Shown here piece after piece: positions 38,046 to 47,677 of a stretch of DNA of 64,000 nt (positions are counted from its first letter, which is position 1; every line of letters starts with the position of its first letter). Origin of the DNA: Minisyncoccales bacterium (GTDB lineage: Bacteria; Patescibacteriota; Minisyncoccia; Minisyncoccales; RBG-13-42-11); assembly GCA_049700655.1 (NCBI GenBank), contig JBNAUV010000001.1:551-64550 (forward strand). The letters run 5' to 3'. The notes beneath the pieces were generated by a model that worked only from the letters and a program-made list of their open reading frames with translations, ran no database searches and was not told the DNA's origin. The translations under genes were made by a program, and so were the position numbers.

Positions 38046-38565
38046 TATTTATTCACCAGATCAGATAATTAACTTTTTGTTTTCTCCACCAAATACTAAT
38101 TGGTTTTTAGTAATTAAATTTTTTTTTATCATTATATCTTCTTTATTTATTGTTTTTATTATTTTGGGTTTTTTAAATACATCTTGGGCCGAGGCTCGGT
38201 TTATAATTAATCTTAGAGAATTTTTTAATTATCAGCCCATTGAGATACGTGGCTATAAGAAAACTTGGCGCAAAATTAAGGCCCGTTTAGAATCCGGTTT
38301 AGAAGCAGAATATAAATTAGCTGTTATTGAGGCAGAGGAATTATTTGAGGAGATATTAAAAAAAATCGGTTATCCGGGCGAGGAGTTATTGGAAAAATTA
38401 GAGAAATTAACACCTGATATTATTTCTAATATTAATGAAATTAAACAAGCCCATCAGATTCGTAATCAGATTGTTTATGACCCTAATTATCACTTGTCTT
38501 TAGAGGAGGCAGCGAAGGTTATTAATATTTTTGACAAAGCGTTGCAAGAATTAGATATTTTTTAA
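38035..38565 (+). CDS. Hypothetical membrane-anchored helical protein (HEPN/DUF4145-like, tentative)
   Basis: One TM helix; KLAVIEAE, GYPGE, AHQIRNQIVYD. Confidence 0.55.
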   Translation: MNINIYSPDQIINFLFSPPNTNWFLVIKFFFIIISSLFIVFIILGFLNTSWAEARFIINLREFFNYQPIEIRGYKKTWRKIKARLESGLEAEYKLAVIEAEELFEEILKKIGYPGEELLEKLEKLTPDIISNINEIKQAHQIRNQIVYDPNYHLSLEEAAKVINIFDKALQELDIF

Positions 38566-38637
38566 GTGATTAAAACAGCCAACCCCCAACCACGTTTTTC
38601 GGGGTTGATTTTTGTTTAATTTTGTTTATAATAAAAG

Positions 38638-38711
38638 CGCGGGATGGAGAAGTAGTATCTTGCGAGGCTCATAACCTCGAGACGTGGGTGCAATTCCCAC
38701 TCCCGCAACCA
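38638..38711 (+). tRNA. Initiator tRNA-fMet(CAT)
   Basis: C1:A72 mismatch, A11:U24, CGAGG-CTCATAA-CCTCG anticodon arm, CCA end. Confidence 0.92.
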
Positions 38712-38718
38712 AATTTTT

Positions 38719-38791
38719 GCCGGCGTAGCTCAGCGGCTAGAGCAGGGTCTTCATAAGGCCAAGGTCATAGGTTCGAATCCTGTCGCCGGCA
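38719..38791 (+). tRNA. tRNA with CAT anticodon (elongator Met or Ile2); CCA not encoded
   Basis: GCCGGCG acceptor, TAGCTCAG, TTCATAA loop, GGTTCGAATCC. Confidence 0.9.
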
Positions 38792-38795
38792 TTAG

Positions 38796-38873
38796 GGGCG
38801 CGTAGTGTAGCCCGGCTAACACGTCTCCCTGTCACGGAGAAGATCGCCGGTTCAAATCCGGTCGCGCCCGCCA
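38796..38873 (+). tRNA. tRNA-Asp(GTC)
   Basis: GGGCGCG acceptor, TCTCC-CTGTCAC-GGAGA, GGTTCAAATCC, G73 CCA. Confidence 0.96.
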
Positions 38874-38877
38874 TCAG

Positions 38878-38902
38878 CAGCTTGTTTTAAAGCTGTTTTT
38901 TT
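38878..38902 (+). terminator. Intrinsic terminator after the tRNA cluster
   Basis: CAGCTT-gtttta-AAGCTG followed by T7. Confidence 0.7.
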
Positions 38903-38924
38903 GTGATTTTTTCCACAATTTAAG

Positions 38925-38953
38925 TTGAAATTGAACTTAATTTAAGGTATAAT
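38925..38953 (+). promoter_or_regulatory. pheS promoter overlapped by an inverted repeat
   Basis: TTGAAA-17-TATAAT; TTAAGTT-N7-AACTTAA spans the -35. Confidence 0.6.
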
Positions 38954-38966
38954 TAATTAAAGATTC

Positions 38967-40013
38967 ATGCCCCAAATAAGATTAAAAACGTATAAAAATA
39001 AACTCAAAAATGAGATTGATCAGGCCAATGATTGGCCAGAGTTAAATCAAATTTATAATAAGTATTTTGGCAAAAATGGCGAGCTGAGTTTGTTTTTGCG
39101 TGGCTTAAAGAATAAAAGCAAAAAAGAAAGAATCAGAATTGGCCGGATAATCAATGAGTTAAAAAGTTGGTCAGGAAATGAATTTAATAAGAAAAAACAG
39201 GAATTAAAGAAAAGAGCAGAAAAGGAAGCCTTAAAAGAAGAATGGTTTGATATTACCATACCGGGCGTAAAGCCAATTCTTGGTCATTTGCATCCTTTAA
39301 CTTTGGTCAAAAGAAAAGTTGAAGAGATTTTTCAATCAATGGGTTTTGCCGTGGTTTCTGGTCCAGAAATTGAAGACGAATGGCATAACTTTGATGCTTT
39401 AAATATTCCTTCCAGTCATCCGGCTCGCGATGTTTTATCTTTAGGAAAAACTTTTTATTTAAAAGGCGGTGGAGTTTTAAGGACGCAAACTTCGTCGGTT
39501 CAGATTAGGTATATGGAAAAAAATCAACCGCCTCTGAAAATCATTGTTCCGGGCAAAGTTTTTCGTTTAGAAGCCACTGATGCTTCTCATGAGATAGAAT
39601 TTTGGCAGCTGGAGGGCCTGTTGGTAAATCAAAATGTTTCAGTGGCTAACTTTAAGGCAATCATCAAGGAATTTTTAACAATTTTTTTTGGCAAAGAGAT
39701 AAAAATTAGATTAAGACCATCTTATTTTCCTTTTACTGAACCATCTTTTGAAGTTGATGTTTCTTGTATTTTATGCAATGGTCATGGTTGTTCTGCTTGT
39801 AAAAATTCCGGTTGGTTAGAAATTATTGGCGCTGGTATGGTTCACCCAGCTGTTTTTAAAAATTCAGGACTGATTCCTCATCAGTTTTCCGGTGGCGGTT
39901 GGCAGGGGTTTGCTTTTGGCGTTGGCTTAACTCGTTTGGCAATGTTGAAATATAAAATTAATGATATTCGTTTATTTAATTCCGGCGATTTAAGATTTTT
40001 AAGTCAATTTTAG
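38967..40013 (+). CDS. pheS: Phenylalanine--tRNA ligase alpha subunit
   Basis: HPAR, LRTQTS, FPFTEPS, CILC..CSAC, GFAFG. Confidence 0.97.
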   Translation: MPQIRLKTYKNKLKNEIDQANDWPELNQIYNKYFGKNGELSLFLRGLKNKSKKERIRIGRIINELKSWSGNEFNKKKQELKKRAEKEALKEEWFDITIPGVKPILGHLHPLTLVKRKVEEIFQSMGFAVVSGPEIEDEWHNFDALNIPSSHPARDVLSLGKTFYLKGGGVLRTQTSSVQIRYMEKNQPPLKIIVPGKVFRLEATDASHEIEFWQLEGLLVNQNVSVANFKAIIKEFLTIFFGKEIKIRLRPSYFPFTEPSFEVDVSCILCNGHGCSACKNSGWLEIIGAGMVHPAVFKNSGLIPHQFSGGGWQGFAFGVGLTRLAMLKYKINDIRLFNSGDLRFLSQF

Positions 40014-40020
40014 TTTTTTT

Positions 40021-42066
40021 ATGGTTTTTTCTTATAATTGGTTACAATCATTTTTTAAAAAGAAATTACCCTCGCCGATAAAATTAGCCGAGCTTTTAAC
40101 CATGCATGCTTTTGAGGTAGAGAAGGTAGAAAGACTTGACCACGATTTTATTTTAGATATTGATATTTTACCTAATCGAGCAGCCGACTGTTTTTCTCAT
40201 TGGGGTGTAGCTAAGGAGATTGCTGTGTTAACGGGATTAACTTTTTATCCAGAAAAAGAAAAATTAACCATAACAGAAAGTAAAGATTTAAAAATTAAAA
40301 ATTTAATTAAAGTTAAGGTTAAAAATAAAAAATTCTGTCCCCGTTATACGGCCCGGGCAATAGTTAATGTGACAGTAAAGTCGTCGCCCCATTGGTTGCA
40401 AGAAAGATTAAGAGCTTGCGGCTTAAATTCAATTAACAACGTGGTTGATGCGGCTAATTATATTATGTTAGAAACTGGCCAACCATTACATGCTTTTGAT
40501 TTAGAAAAGATAAAAGGCCGAGAAATTATTGTGCGCCAAGCCAAAAAAGGAGAAAAAATTATTACTTTAGACGGAGAAAAATATAATTTAAATGAAAAAA
40601 TTTTACTTATTGCTGATGAAAAAGATCCTTTGGCCATAGCTGGGATTAAGGGAGGTCAAAAAGCCGCAATTACGAGCAAAACTAAAGCAATAGTTTTAGA
40701 ATCAGCCAATTTTAACCCTGCTTATATTAAACAAAGTTCGCGAACAGTTGATTTAAAAACCGACGCTTCTTGGCGTTTTGAAAATGGACTTGATCCTAAT
40801 TTAACCGAAATAGCCATCAATCGGGCTGCTCAATTAATTCAAGAAGTGGCTGGCGGCCAGATTGTTCAGGGATTGATTGATTTCTATCCTAATAAAATTT
40901 TACCCAAGAGAATTAAATTAGATTTAAATTATGCGAGACAGTTATTGGGAATTGAGATTTCAACCAAAGAAATAAAAGATATTTTTAAAAATTTGGGATT
41001 TGGTTTGGTTAAAAAAGAAAATGAAGTAGTTTTAGTAGAGGTACCGACTAAAAGGCCCGATGTTGCTCTTCCAGAAGATTTAATTGAAGAAATTGGCCGA
41101 ATTTATGGTTACGAAAAAATTCCTGCCCAATTTCCCATTTCTGTTTTGGCGCCACCAGCCCAAAATTGGGAAATCTTTTGGGAAGATAGAATTAAAGACA
41201 TTTTAAAAGAAGCTGGTTTTACCGAAGTTCAGAATTATTCATTTATTTCACAAAAAGACGCTAAATATTTTAATCAAAGCAGGGAATTGGTTGAATTAGA
41301 AAATCCCGCCAGTGAAGAATTCCAATATTTAAGACCAAGCTTGATTATTAATCTTTTAAAGAATATTGAGAAAAATCAACAATATTTTAAAGAAATAAAA
41401 ATTTTTGAAATAGGCAAAGTTTTTAGAAAGAAAAAAAAGTCAGGCAATTATTTGGAAAAAAGAATGTTTACTGGCGCGATGACCGGAAATGTTTTTTATC
41501 AGGCCAAGGGCGTGATTGATTTATTATTAAATAAAATGGGTATAGCCAATTTTTATTATGACAATTATCAACCCTCGCCGGAAGAGAGTAAAAAAACAAT
41601 TTGGTATATGCCGCGTTGCGTTGAGATAAAAATTAATAACGAAGAAATAGGTTTTTTAGGCGAGATTTCGCCTGTTATTTTAGAAAAGATGAAAATAAAT
41701 AGCCGAGTTGTGGTTTTTGATTTTGATTTTGAGAAGCTAGTCCAACTTAGTTCTGAAGAACATGAATACCGACCGCTTTCAAAATATCCTGCGGCTGTTA
41801 GAGATTTAGCCATTTTGGTGCCGCGCGAAGTAAGAGTTGAAGATGTTTTGAATATTATTGAAACAGCCGGCGGCATTTTAGTCAGAGATGTTGATTTATT
41901 TGATATTTATGAAAGCGAACAACTGCCTGAAGGCAAGAAAAATTTGGCTTTTCATATTATTTATCAGGCCGACGATCGAACCTTAACCTCTGCAGAAATA
42001 GAACAAACACAACAAAAGATTATTAAGGCATTAGAAGAAAATCCAGAGTGGACAATAAGAAGATAA
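40021..42066 (+). CDS. pheT: Phenylalanine--tRNA ligase beta subunit (no B2 OB domain)
   Basis: PNRAAD, GQPLHAFD, RPDV..DLIEEIGRIYGY, RDLA. Confidence 0.96.
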   Translation: MVFSYNWLQSFFKKKLPSPIKLAELLTMHAFEVEKVERLDHDFILDIDILPNRAADCFSHWGVAKEIAVLTGLTFYPEKEKLTITESKDLKIKNLIKVKVKNKKFCPRYTARAIVNVTVKSSPHWLQERLRACGLNSINNVVDAANYIMLETGQPLHAFDLEKIKGREIIVRQAKKGEKIITLDGEKYNLNEKILLIADEKDPLAIAGIKGGQKAAITSKTKAIVLESANFNPAYIKQSSRTVDLKTDASWRFENGLDPNLTEIAINRAAQLIQEVAGGQIVQGLIDFYPNKILPKRIKLDLNYARQLLGIEISTKEIKDIFKNLGFGLVKKENEVVLVEVPTKRPDVALPEDLIEEIGRIYGYEKIPAQFPISVLAPPAQNWEIFWEDRIKDILKEAGFTEVQNYSFISQKDAKYFNQSRELVELENPASEEFQYLRPSLIINLLKNIEKNQQYFKEIKIFEIGKVFRKKKKSGNYLEKRMFTGAMTGNVFYQAKGVIDLLLNKMGIANFYYDNYQPSPEESKKTIWYMPRCVEIKINNEEIGFLGEISPVILEKMKINSRVVVFDFDFEKLVQLSSEEHEYRPLSKYPAAVRDLAILVPREVRVEDVLNIIETAGGILVRDVDLFDIYESEQLPEGKKNLAFHIIYQADDRTLTSAEIEQTQQKIIKALEENPEWTIRR

Positions 42067-42092
42067 AAATAATTATAATTTGTAATATAAAT

Positions 42093-44054
42093 ATGATTGA
42101 TAAACCAAAACAAACAAAAAAAGAAACAACTTATAGCGCTAAAGATATTTATGTTTTAGAGGGTCTGGAGCCAGTGCGCAAAAGGCCAGGTATGTATATT
42201 GGTTCAACCGGCGCTGAGGGATTGCATCATTTGATTTGGGAGTGTGTTGACAATAGTTTAGATGAAGCCATGGCTGGTTATGCTAAAAATATTGAGGTGA
42301 TTCTTTTACCAGGCAATAAAATAAAAACAACTGATGACGGTCGGGGCATACCAGTAGAAAAACATCCACAAACAAAGAAGTCAGCTTTAGAAACAGTAAT
42401 GACGACTTTACATGCTGGCGCTAAATTCGGCGGCAAGGCTTATCAGGTGGCAGGCGGACTACATGGTGTTGGGGTTTCTGTGGTTTGCGCTTTAAGCAAA
42501 TGGATGCGCGCTGAAGTTTGTCGAGATGGGTTTAAATATTTTCAAGAATATGCCAAAGGCAAACCCATTACCCCGGTTAAAAAGATGGGCGCTTGCCGTC
42601 AATCTGGCACAACTGTTATTTTTGAACCAGACCCAGAAATTTTTAGCAATATAAAATTTGATTTAAAAAAAATTCTTAACCATCTTCGCCAGCAGGCCTA
42701 TCTTACCAAAAAAGTTAAAATTACAGTTATTGATCAACGAGAAAAAACAGAAAAATCATACTCCTTTTATTTTGAAGGCGGTTTGGCTTCTTATATTAAA
42801 TATTTAACCCGCAATAGAACAAAACGTCATCCCAATATTTATTATGCTTCGGCTGAAAAAAATGGTATTTTAGTTGAGGCGGTTTTTCAATATACGGATG
42901 AATATGAATGTTTAGAAGAAAGTTTTGCCAATAATATCTATACAGGCGAAGGAGGAATGCATTTAACCGGTTTTCGGACAGCTTTAACTAGAACCTTTAA
43001 TGATTACGCGCGCAAAAATGGCTTTTTAAAAGAAAGTGATGAAAATTTAAGCGGTGACGATACTAGAGAAGGTTTAACCGCGGTGGTTTCAGTGAAATTG
43101 CCTGAACCGCAATTTGAAGGCCAAACCAAAGCTAAATTAGGCAATCCTGAAGCCAAGTCAGCGGTCGACACGGTTGTTTCTGAAACTTTATTAGATTTTT
43201 TAGAAAGAAACCCAACCGATGCCCGGGCTATCATTGAAAAATGTGTTTTATCTTTTAAAGCCAGAAAAGCGGCCAAAGCAGCTCGAGAAACTGTTTTGCG
43301 CAAAGGAATTTTAGAGGGTTTGGCTCTGCCCGGCAAATTGGCTGATTGTTCTTCTCGTAAGCCAGAAGAGTCGGAATTATATATTGTTGAAGGAGAAAGC
43401 GCTGGTGGTTCAAGTCGGCAAGCCAGAGATAGAAGATTTCAGGCGATTTTACCCTTAAGGGGTAAAATTTTAAATGTGGAGCGAGCGCGTTTAGACAAAA
43501 TTTTGGCTTCAAAAGAAATCAAGTCTTTGATTATTGCTTTGGGCACAGCCATTGCTGAAGATTTTAAATTGGAGAAAATCAGATATCACCGCATTATTAT
43601 TATGACCGATGCTGATGTTGATGGTTCCCATATTAGAACCCTGTTGTTAACGTTTTTTTATCGGTACTTTAGACCGATTATTGAACAGGGCTATCTTTAT
43701 ATTGCGCAACCGCCTCTTTATCGTTTACAAATTGGTAAAAGAATTGAATATGCCTATAGCGAGGAGGAGAAAAATAAAATTTTAGAAAAAATTAAAAAAG
43801 GTTTAACTAAAGAAACCGTTGAAGAAAAAACCCCAGGTGTAACTATTCAACGTTATAAAGGATTGGGCGAAATGAATCCAGAACAATTATGGGAAACAAC
43901 TATGAACCCGGAGAAAAGAGTTTTATTGCAAGTAACCATTGAAGACGCTCAAGAAGCAGACAGAATTTTTGATGTTTTGATGGGCGATGAGGTATTGCCC
44001 CGTAAGAAGTTTATTCAGATTTATGCCAAGAAGGTAAAAAACTTAGACGTTTAA
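42093..44054 (+). CDS. gyrB: DNA gyrase subunit B
   Basis: LEGLEPVRKRPGMYIG, DDGRGIP, VEGESAGGS, PLRGKILN, DADVDG; start ATG 42093. Confidence 0.97.
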   Translation: MIDKPKQTKKETTYSAKDIYVLEGLEPVRKRPGMYIGSTGAEGLHHLIWECVDNSLDEAMAGYAKNIEVILLPGNKIKTTDDGRGIPVEKHPQTKKSALETVMTTLHAGAKFGGKAYQVAGGLHGVGVSVVCALSKWMRAEVCRDGFKYFQEYAKGKPITPVKKMGACRQSGTTVIFEPDPEIFSNIKFDLKKILNHLRQQAYLTKKVKITVIDQREKTEKSYSFYFEGGLASYIKYLTRNRTKRHPNIYYASAEKNGILVEAVFQYTDEYECLEESFANNIYTGEGGMHLTGFRTALTRTFNDYARKNGFLKESDENLSGDDTREGLTAVVSVKLPEPQFEGQTKAKLGNPEAKSAVDTVVSETLLDFLERNPTDARAIIEKCVLSFKARKAAKAARETVLRKGILEGLALPGKLADCSSRKPEESELYIVEGESAGGSSRQARDRRFQAILPLRGKILNVERARLDKILASKEIKSLIIALGTAIAEDFKLEKIRYHRIIIMTDADVDGSHIRTLLLTFFYRYFRPIIEQGYLYIAQPPLYRLQIGKRIEYAYSEEEKNKILEKIKKGLTKETVEEKTPGVTIQRYKGLGEMNPEQLWETTMNPEKRVLLQVTIEDAQEADRIFDVLMGDEVLPRKKFIQIYAKKVKNLDV

Positions 44055-44089
44055 CTTGACCTTTCAGAGATTTTTGTTAAAATAGCACT

Positions 44090-44290
44090 ATGAAATTAAC
44101 TGATATTTTTGGTAAAATTGCCTCCTTTTTTAAGGAGGTAAAAATTGAAATAAAAAAAGTTAACTGGCCAACCAAACGAGAGACGATTAGGTACACTTTA
44201 ATTGTTCTAACCATTGCTTTTTTTGTTGCTCTTTATTTAGGATTATTAGATTTAATTTTTACTACTTTGTTAAAAAAATTTATTTTATAA
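44090..44290 (+). CDS. secE: Preprotein translocase SecE
   Basis: EIKKVNWPTK plus TM helix; directly before nusG. Confidence 0.94.
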   Translation: MKLTDIFGKIASFFKEVKIEIKKVNWPTKRETIRYTLIVLTIAFFVALYLGLLDLIFTTLLKKFIL

Positions 44291-44293
44291 AAT

Positions 44294-44839
44294 ATGCCTA
44301 AGCAAAAAATTAGTCAAGAAAGAAATTGGTATGTTTTGCACACTTATTCGGGATACGAAGACGCTGTAGCCAAAGCTCTCAAACAAAGGGTAGAATCTTT
44401 GGGTATGGAAGATAAAATTTTTAATGTTTTGGTGCCTAAAGAGAAAAAAATAAAAATAAAAGGCGGAAAAAGACAGGAGGTGGAAGAAAAAATTTATCCC
44501 GGTTATGTTTTAGTCGAGATGATTGTGACTGATGACAGTTGGTATGTGGTAAGAAACACGCCCAATGTAACTGGCTTTGTTGGCGCTGGAACAGTCCCAT
44601 TGCCAGTTTCTAAAAAAGAAATAGAGAATTTAATGAAGAGAATGGCTGGCGAAGCGCCGCAATATAAAATAGAAATGAAAGTGGGTGATTTGGTAAAAAT
44701 TATTGATGGTCCTTTCAAAGATTTTGAGGGCAAAGTGGCTGAAGTCGATCAAGAGCGCGGCAAGATAAAAGTCTTGGTTAATATGTTTGGTCGCGATACG
44801 CCAGTAGAATTAGATACATTACAAATTAGAAAATTATGA
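44294..44839 (+). CDS. nusG: Transcription termination/antitermination factor NusG
   Basis: WYVLHTYSGYE, PGYVLVEM, VRNTPNVTGFVG, GPF, FGRDTPVEL. Confidence 0.98.
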   Translation: MPKQKISQERNWYVLHTYSGYEDAVAKALKQRVESLGMEDKIFNVLVPKEKKIKIKGGKRQEVEEKIYPGYVLVEMIVTDDSWYVVRNTPNVTGFVGAGTVPLPVSKKEIENLMKRMAGEAPQYKIEMKVGDLVKIIDGPFKDFEGKVAEVDQERGKIKVLVNMFGRDTPVELDTLQIRKL

Positions 44840-44879
44840 CCTTTCGGTAAACTGAAGGTCATACTGAATTTATTGAAGT

Positions 44880-45302
44880 ATGAAAAAAATAAAAGCCATT
44901 GTTAAATTACAAATTCCGGCTGGTCAAGCCACGCCCGCGCCTCCTATTGGGCCGGCCTTGGCTCAACATGGTGTTAATATCGCTGATTTTTGTCAGAAAT
45001 TTAATAATGCCACTAAAAAAAATCAAGGATTCAAGATTCCGGTTGAAGTGAAAATTTATGAAGATCGAACTTATGATTTTATCTTAAAACAACCACCCGC
45101 CTCAGAGCTTTTAAAAAAGATGGCTGGAATTGAAAAAGGTTCAGGCGCTCCCAATAAAACAAAAGTCGGCAAGATTACGCGCCAACAATTAAGAGAAATA
45201 GCTGAGAAAAAAATGCCTGATTTAAACACTGAGAGTATTGAACAAGCCATGAAAATAATTGAGGGCACAGCCAAGAATATGGGCATAGAAATCGAAGGTT
45301 GA
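44880..45302 (+). CDS. rplK: 50S ribosomal protein L11
   Basis: [28 protein letters not shown]. Confidence 0.98.
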   Translation: MKKIKAIVKLQIPAGQATPAPPIGPALAQHGVNIADFCQKFNNATKKNQGFKIPVEVKIYEDRTYDFILKQPPASELLKKMAGIEKGSGAPNKTKVGKITRQQLREIAEKKMPDLNTESIEQAMKIIEGTAKNMGIEIEG

Positions 45303-45309
45303 TTTTATT

Positions 45310-45843
45310 ATGGTTAGATTATCTAAAGAAAGATATTATTTAAATATTGCCAAGGAAGTGGCTCAACGTTCTACTTGTTACCGCAATCAAGGTGGCGCAG
45401 TTATTGTCAGAGAAGACCAAATTGTGGCCACGGGTTATATTGGCGCGCCGCGCAAGACCAAGGATTGCTTTGAACGTCAGGAATGTTTAAGAGATAAATT
45501 AAAAATTCCTCATGGCAGACAATATGAAATGTGTCGATCTGTCCATGCTGAGATGAATGCCATTATAAATGCCGCTCGGGCAGGAGTTAGTTTATTAGGC
45601 GGCGATATTTATATTTATTGCGAAAACCCTAAAGACAAAAGTCAACGAGATAGTTTTCCTTGTTTTATTTGCAAGAAAATGATTATTAATGCTGGCTTAC
45701 AACGCGCAATTTGTTCAACCAAAGATGGTCAATTTAAGATTTTTGCGATAGCTGATTGGATTAAGGATTGGCAGGAAAAGGACATTATTGATGACCGCGA
45801 TCAATACGGTGCGGATTTGAATTTTAAAGAAAAATTGGTTTAA
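45310..45843 (+). CDS. dCMP deaminase family protein
   Basis: RSTC, HAEMNA, PCFIC zinc-deaminase motifs. Confidence 0.88.
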   Translation: MVRLSKERYYLNIAKEVAQRSTCYRNQGGAVIVREDQIVATGYIGAPRKTKDCFERQECLRDKLKIPHGRQYEMCRSVHAEMNAIINAARAGVSLLGGDIYIYCENPKDKSQRDSFPCFICKKMIINAGLQRAICSTKDGQFKIFAIADWIKDWQEKDIIDDRDQYGADLNFKEKLV

Positions 45844-45844
45844 T

Positions 45845-46396
45845 ATGTTAAAAAAAATTATTGGCTTGGTCGGCGAAAGCGGCAGCGGTAAAGACACTTT
45901 TTGCCGCTATTTAATAAAGAAAAGGAAAAATGTTTTTTGTCTGCGTTTCTCACAGCCAATTACCGAAGCGTTAAATATTTTTATTAACGAAATAAAAAGG
46001 GAAGATCAGCAGTGGTTGGCTAATTTATTAAGAAAAAGATTTGGCAATGATATTTTAATTCAAGCCCTTAAAAAGAAACTAAAGACAATTCAAAAGGGGA
46101 TAATAGTTTTTAATGGTATTCGTTATTGGGAAGAATATCAGCTGATTAAACAATTAAAAGGTAAAATTATTTATATTACCGCTGAGCCAAAAGTGCGCTG
46201 GCAGAGAATGAGACAACGGCAAGAGAAAAAAGACGACCGGACTTCTTGGCAGAAATTTAAAAAACTAGAAAAAGCATCAACGGAAATTTATATACCATTA
46301 ATTGGCAGACAATCTGATTTTAAAATCAATAATAATGGTCCATTAAAAGATTTTTATAAAGAAATTAACAAAGCACTAAAACAATTTAACTTATGA
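45845..46396 (+). CDS. P-loop (deoxy)nucleotide monophosphate kinase-like protein
   Basis: IIGLVGESGSGKDT, GIR..EE, INNNG. Confidence 0.75.
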   Translation: MLKKIIGLVGESGSGKDTFCRYLIKKRKNVFCLRFSQPITEALNIFINEIKREDQQWLANLLRKRFGNDILIQALKKKLKTIQKGIIVFNGIRYWEEYQLIKQLKGKIIYITAEPKVRWQRMRQRQEKKDDRTSWQKFKKLEKASTEIYIPLIGRQSDFKINNNGPLKDFYKEINKALKQFNL

Positions 46397-47013
46397 AAAA
46401 AAATCCTTATCCTGGCAAATTTATTGTTTTTGAAGGGTTGGACGGATCGGGCCAATCAACTCAAGCCAGCCTGTTGAGCGAATTTTTAATTAAACAGAAT
46501 TTTGAAACAATTTTGACCAAAGAACCAACTGTTGATTCTTCAGCTGGTCAAAAAATAAAAGAAATTTTAGATGAAAAAATAAGCATCGCGCCAGATCAGT
46601 TGCAAATTTTATTTACCGAAGATAGGCGAGAACATTTAGATAAGGTAATCACGCCATCGCTAAAAGCGGATAAGCAGGTTATTTGTGACCGCTATTTTTT
46701 TTCTACTTTTGCCTATGGAACAGCCGAAGGCTTAAATCTAGACTGGTTGATTGAGATTAATGATGAATTTCTTTTGCCTGACCTAACTTTTCTTTTAAAA
46801 GTTTCACCAGAAATTTGTTTGCAACGGATAAAAAAAAGAGGTATGGGTATTAAACTTTTTGAAAAAAAAGAAAAATTAATTAAAGTTTGGCAGGTCTATG
46901 AATCTCTTTTGCCGCGTTTTGACAACATTTATTTAATTGATGGCGAAAAATCGATTAATGAAGTTTTTGAGGAGATTAAAAAAATAGTTGTTTCGCAAAT
47001 AATAAAAAAATAA
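46393..47013 (+). CDS. tmk: Thymidylate kinase
   Basis: FEGLDGSGQST, KEPT, CDRY, PDLTF. Confidence 0.93.
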   Translation: MKKNPYPGKFIVFEGLDGSGQSTQASLLSEFLIKQNFETILTKEPTVDSSAGQKIKEILDEKISIAPDQLQILFTEDRREHLDKVITPSLKADKQVICDRYFFSTFAYGTAEGLNLDWLIEINDEFLLPDLTFLLKVSPEICLQRIKKRGMGIKLFEKKEKLIKVWQVYESLLPRFDNIYLIDGEKSINEVFEEIKKIVVSQIIKK

Positions 47014-47020
47014 AAAATCT

Positions 47021-47674
47021 ATGGCTGAAATTTTAAAAAATGCTGGCTCGCATCGAATCCTCGCGATTATGACTGGTTTAACTGGCGAGGATCCGCTTCA
47101 ATTGATTGAGCTGGCTGGTCGGACAGCGTATCAAAGCCGAGCCAAAATTAATAATGAATCAGCAGCCAAATTTGTGGCTATGCTGCGGGAGAGCGGTCAT
47201 GAAAGTGTGTTAGAACATAGTTGCCTGACTGTAGAATTTAATAATGTTTCTCGCGGTTTTACTCATGAATTGGTGCGTCACCGTTTAGCTGCTTATAATC
47301 AGGAGTCAACCCGTTATGTTGATGAAAGCAATTTTAAAGTAGTAATTCCGCCGGATAAAAATCAAAGCGAAAAATTAGTAGAATTAAATCTGCCCAATCA
47401 GACAAAAATTAAAGTTTCTTTTGAAGACTGGATGAATCTTAATGAACAGATGTATCGCGGATTGCGTCAAGCAGGTTGGTCAGCGCAAGATGCGCGGCAG
47501 GTTTTACCAATTGCTATTAAAGCCCAGATTGTTGTAACAGCCAATTTTCGCGAGTGGCGCCATATTTTTAAATTAAGAACTTCGGCTACGGCTCATTGGG
47601 AAATTCGGCAAGTAATGGCCAATTTGTTAGCCGATGTTAAAAAACGCGTGCCGATAATTTTTGACGATCTCTAA
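47021..47674 (+). CDS. thyX: FAD-dependent thymidylate synthase ThyX
   Basis: GHESVLEH, SRGFTHELVRHR..YNQESTRY, DARQVLP, AHWEIR. Confidence 0.96.
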   Translation: MAEILKNAGSHRILAIMTGLTGEDPLQLIELAGRTAYQSRAKINNESAAKFVAMLRESGHESVLEHSCLTVEFNNVSRGFTHELVRHRLAAYNQESTRYVDESNFKVVIPPDKNQSEKLVELNLPNQTKIKVSFEDWMNLNEQMYRGLRQAGWSAQDARQVLPIAIKAQIVVTANFREWRHIFKLRTSATAHWEIRQVMANLLADVKKRVPIIFDDL

Positions 47675-47677
47675 ACA

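Noticed and set aside
44837-45302. Alternative genetic code (TGA=Gly as in Gracilibacteria)
   Set aside because: TGA terminates nusG and rplK at their expected ends, and no core gene has an in-frame TGA.
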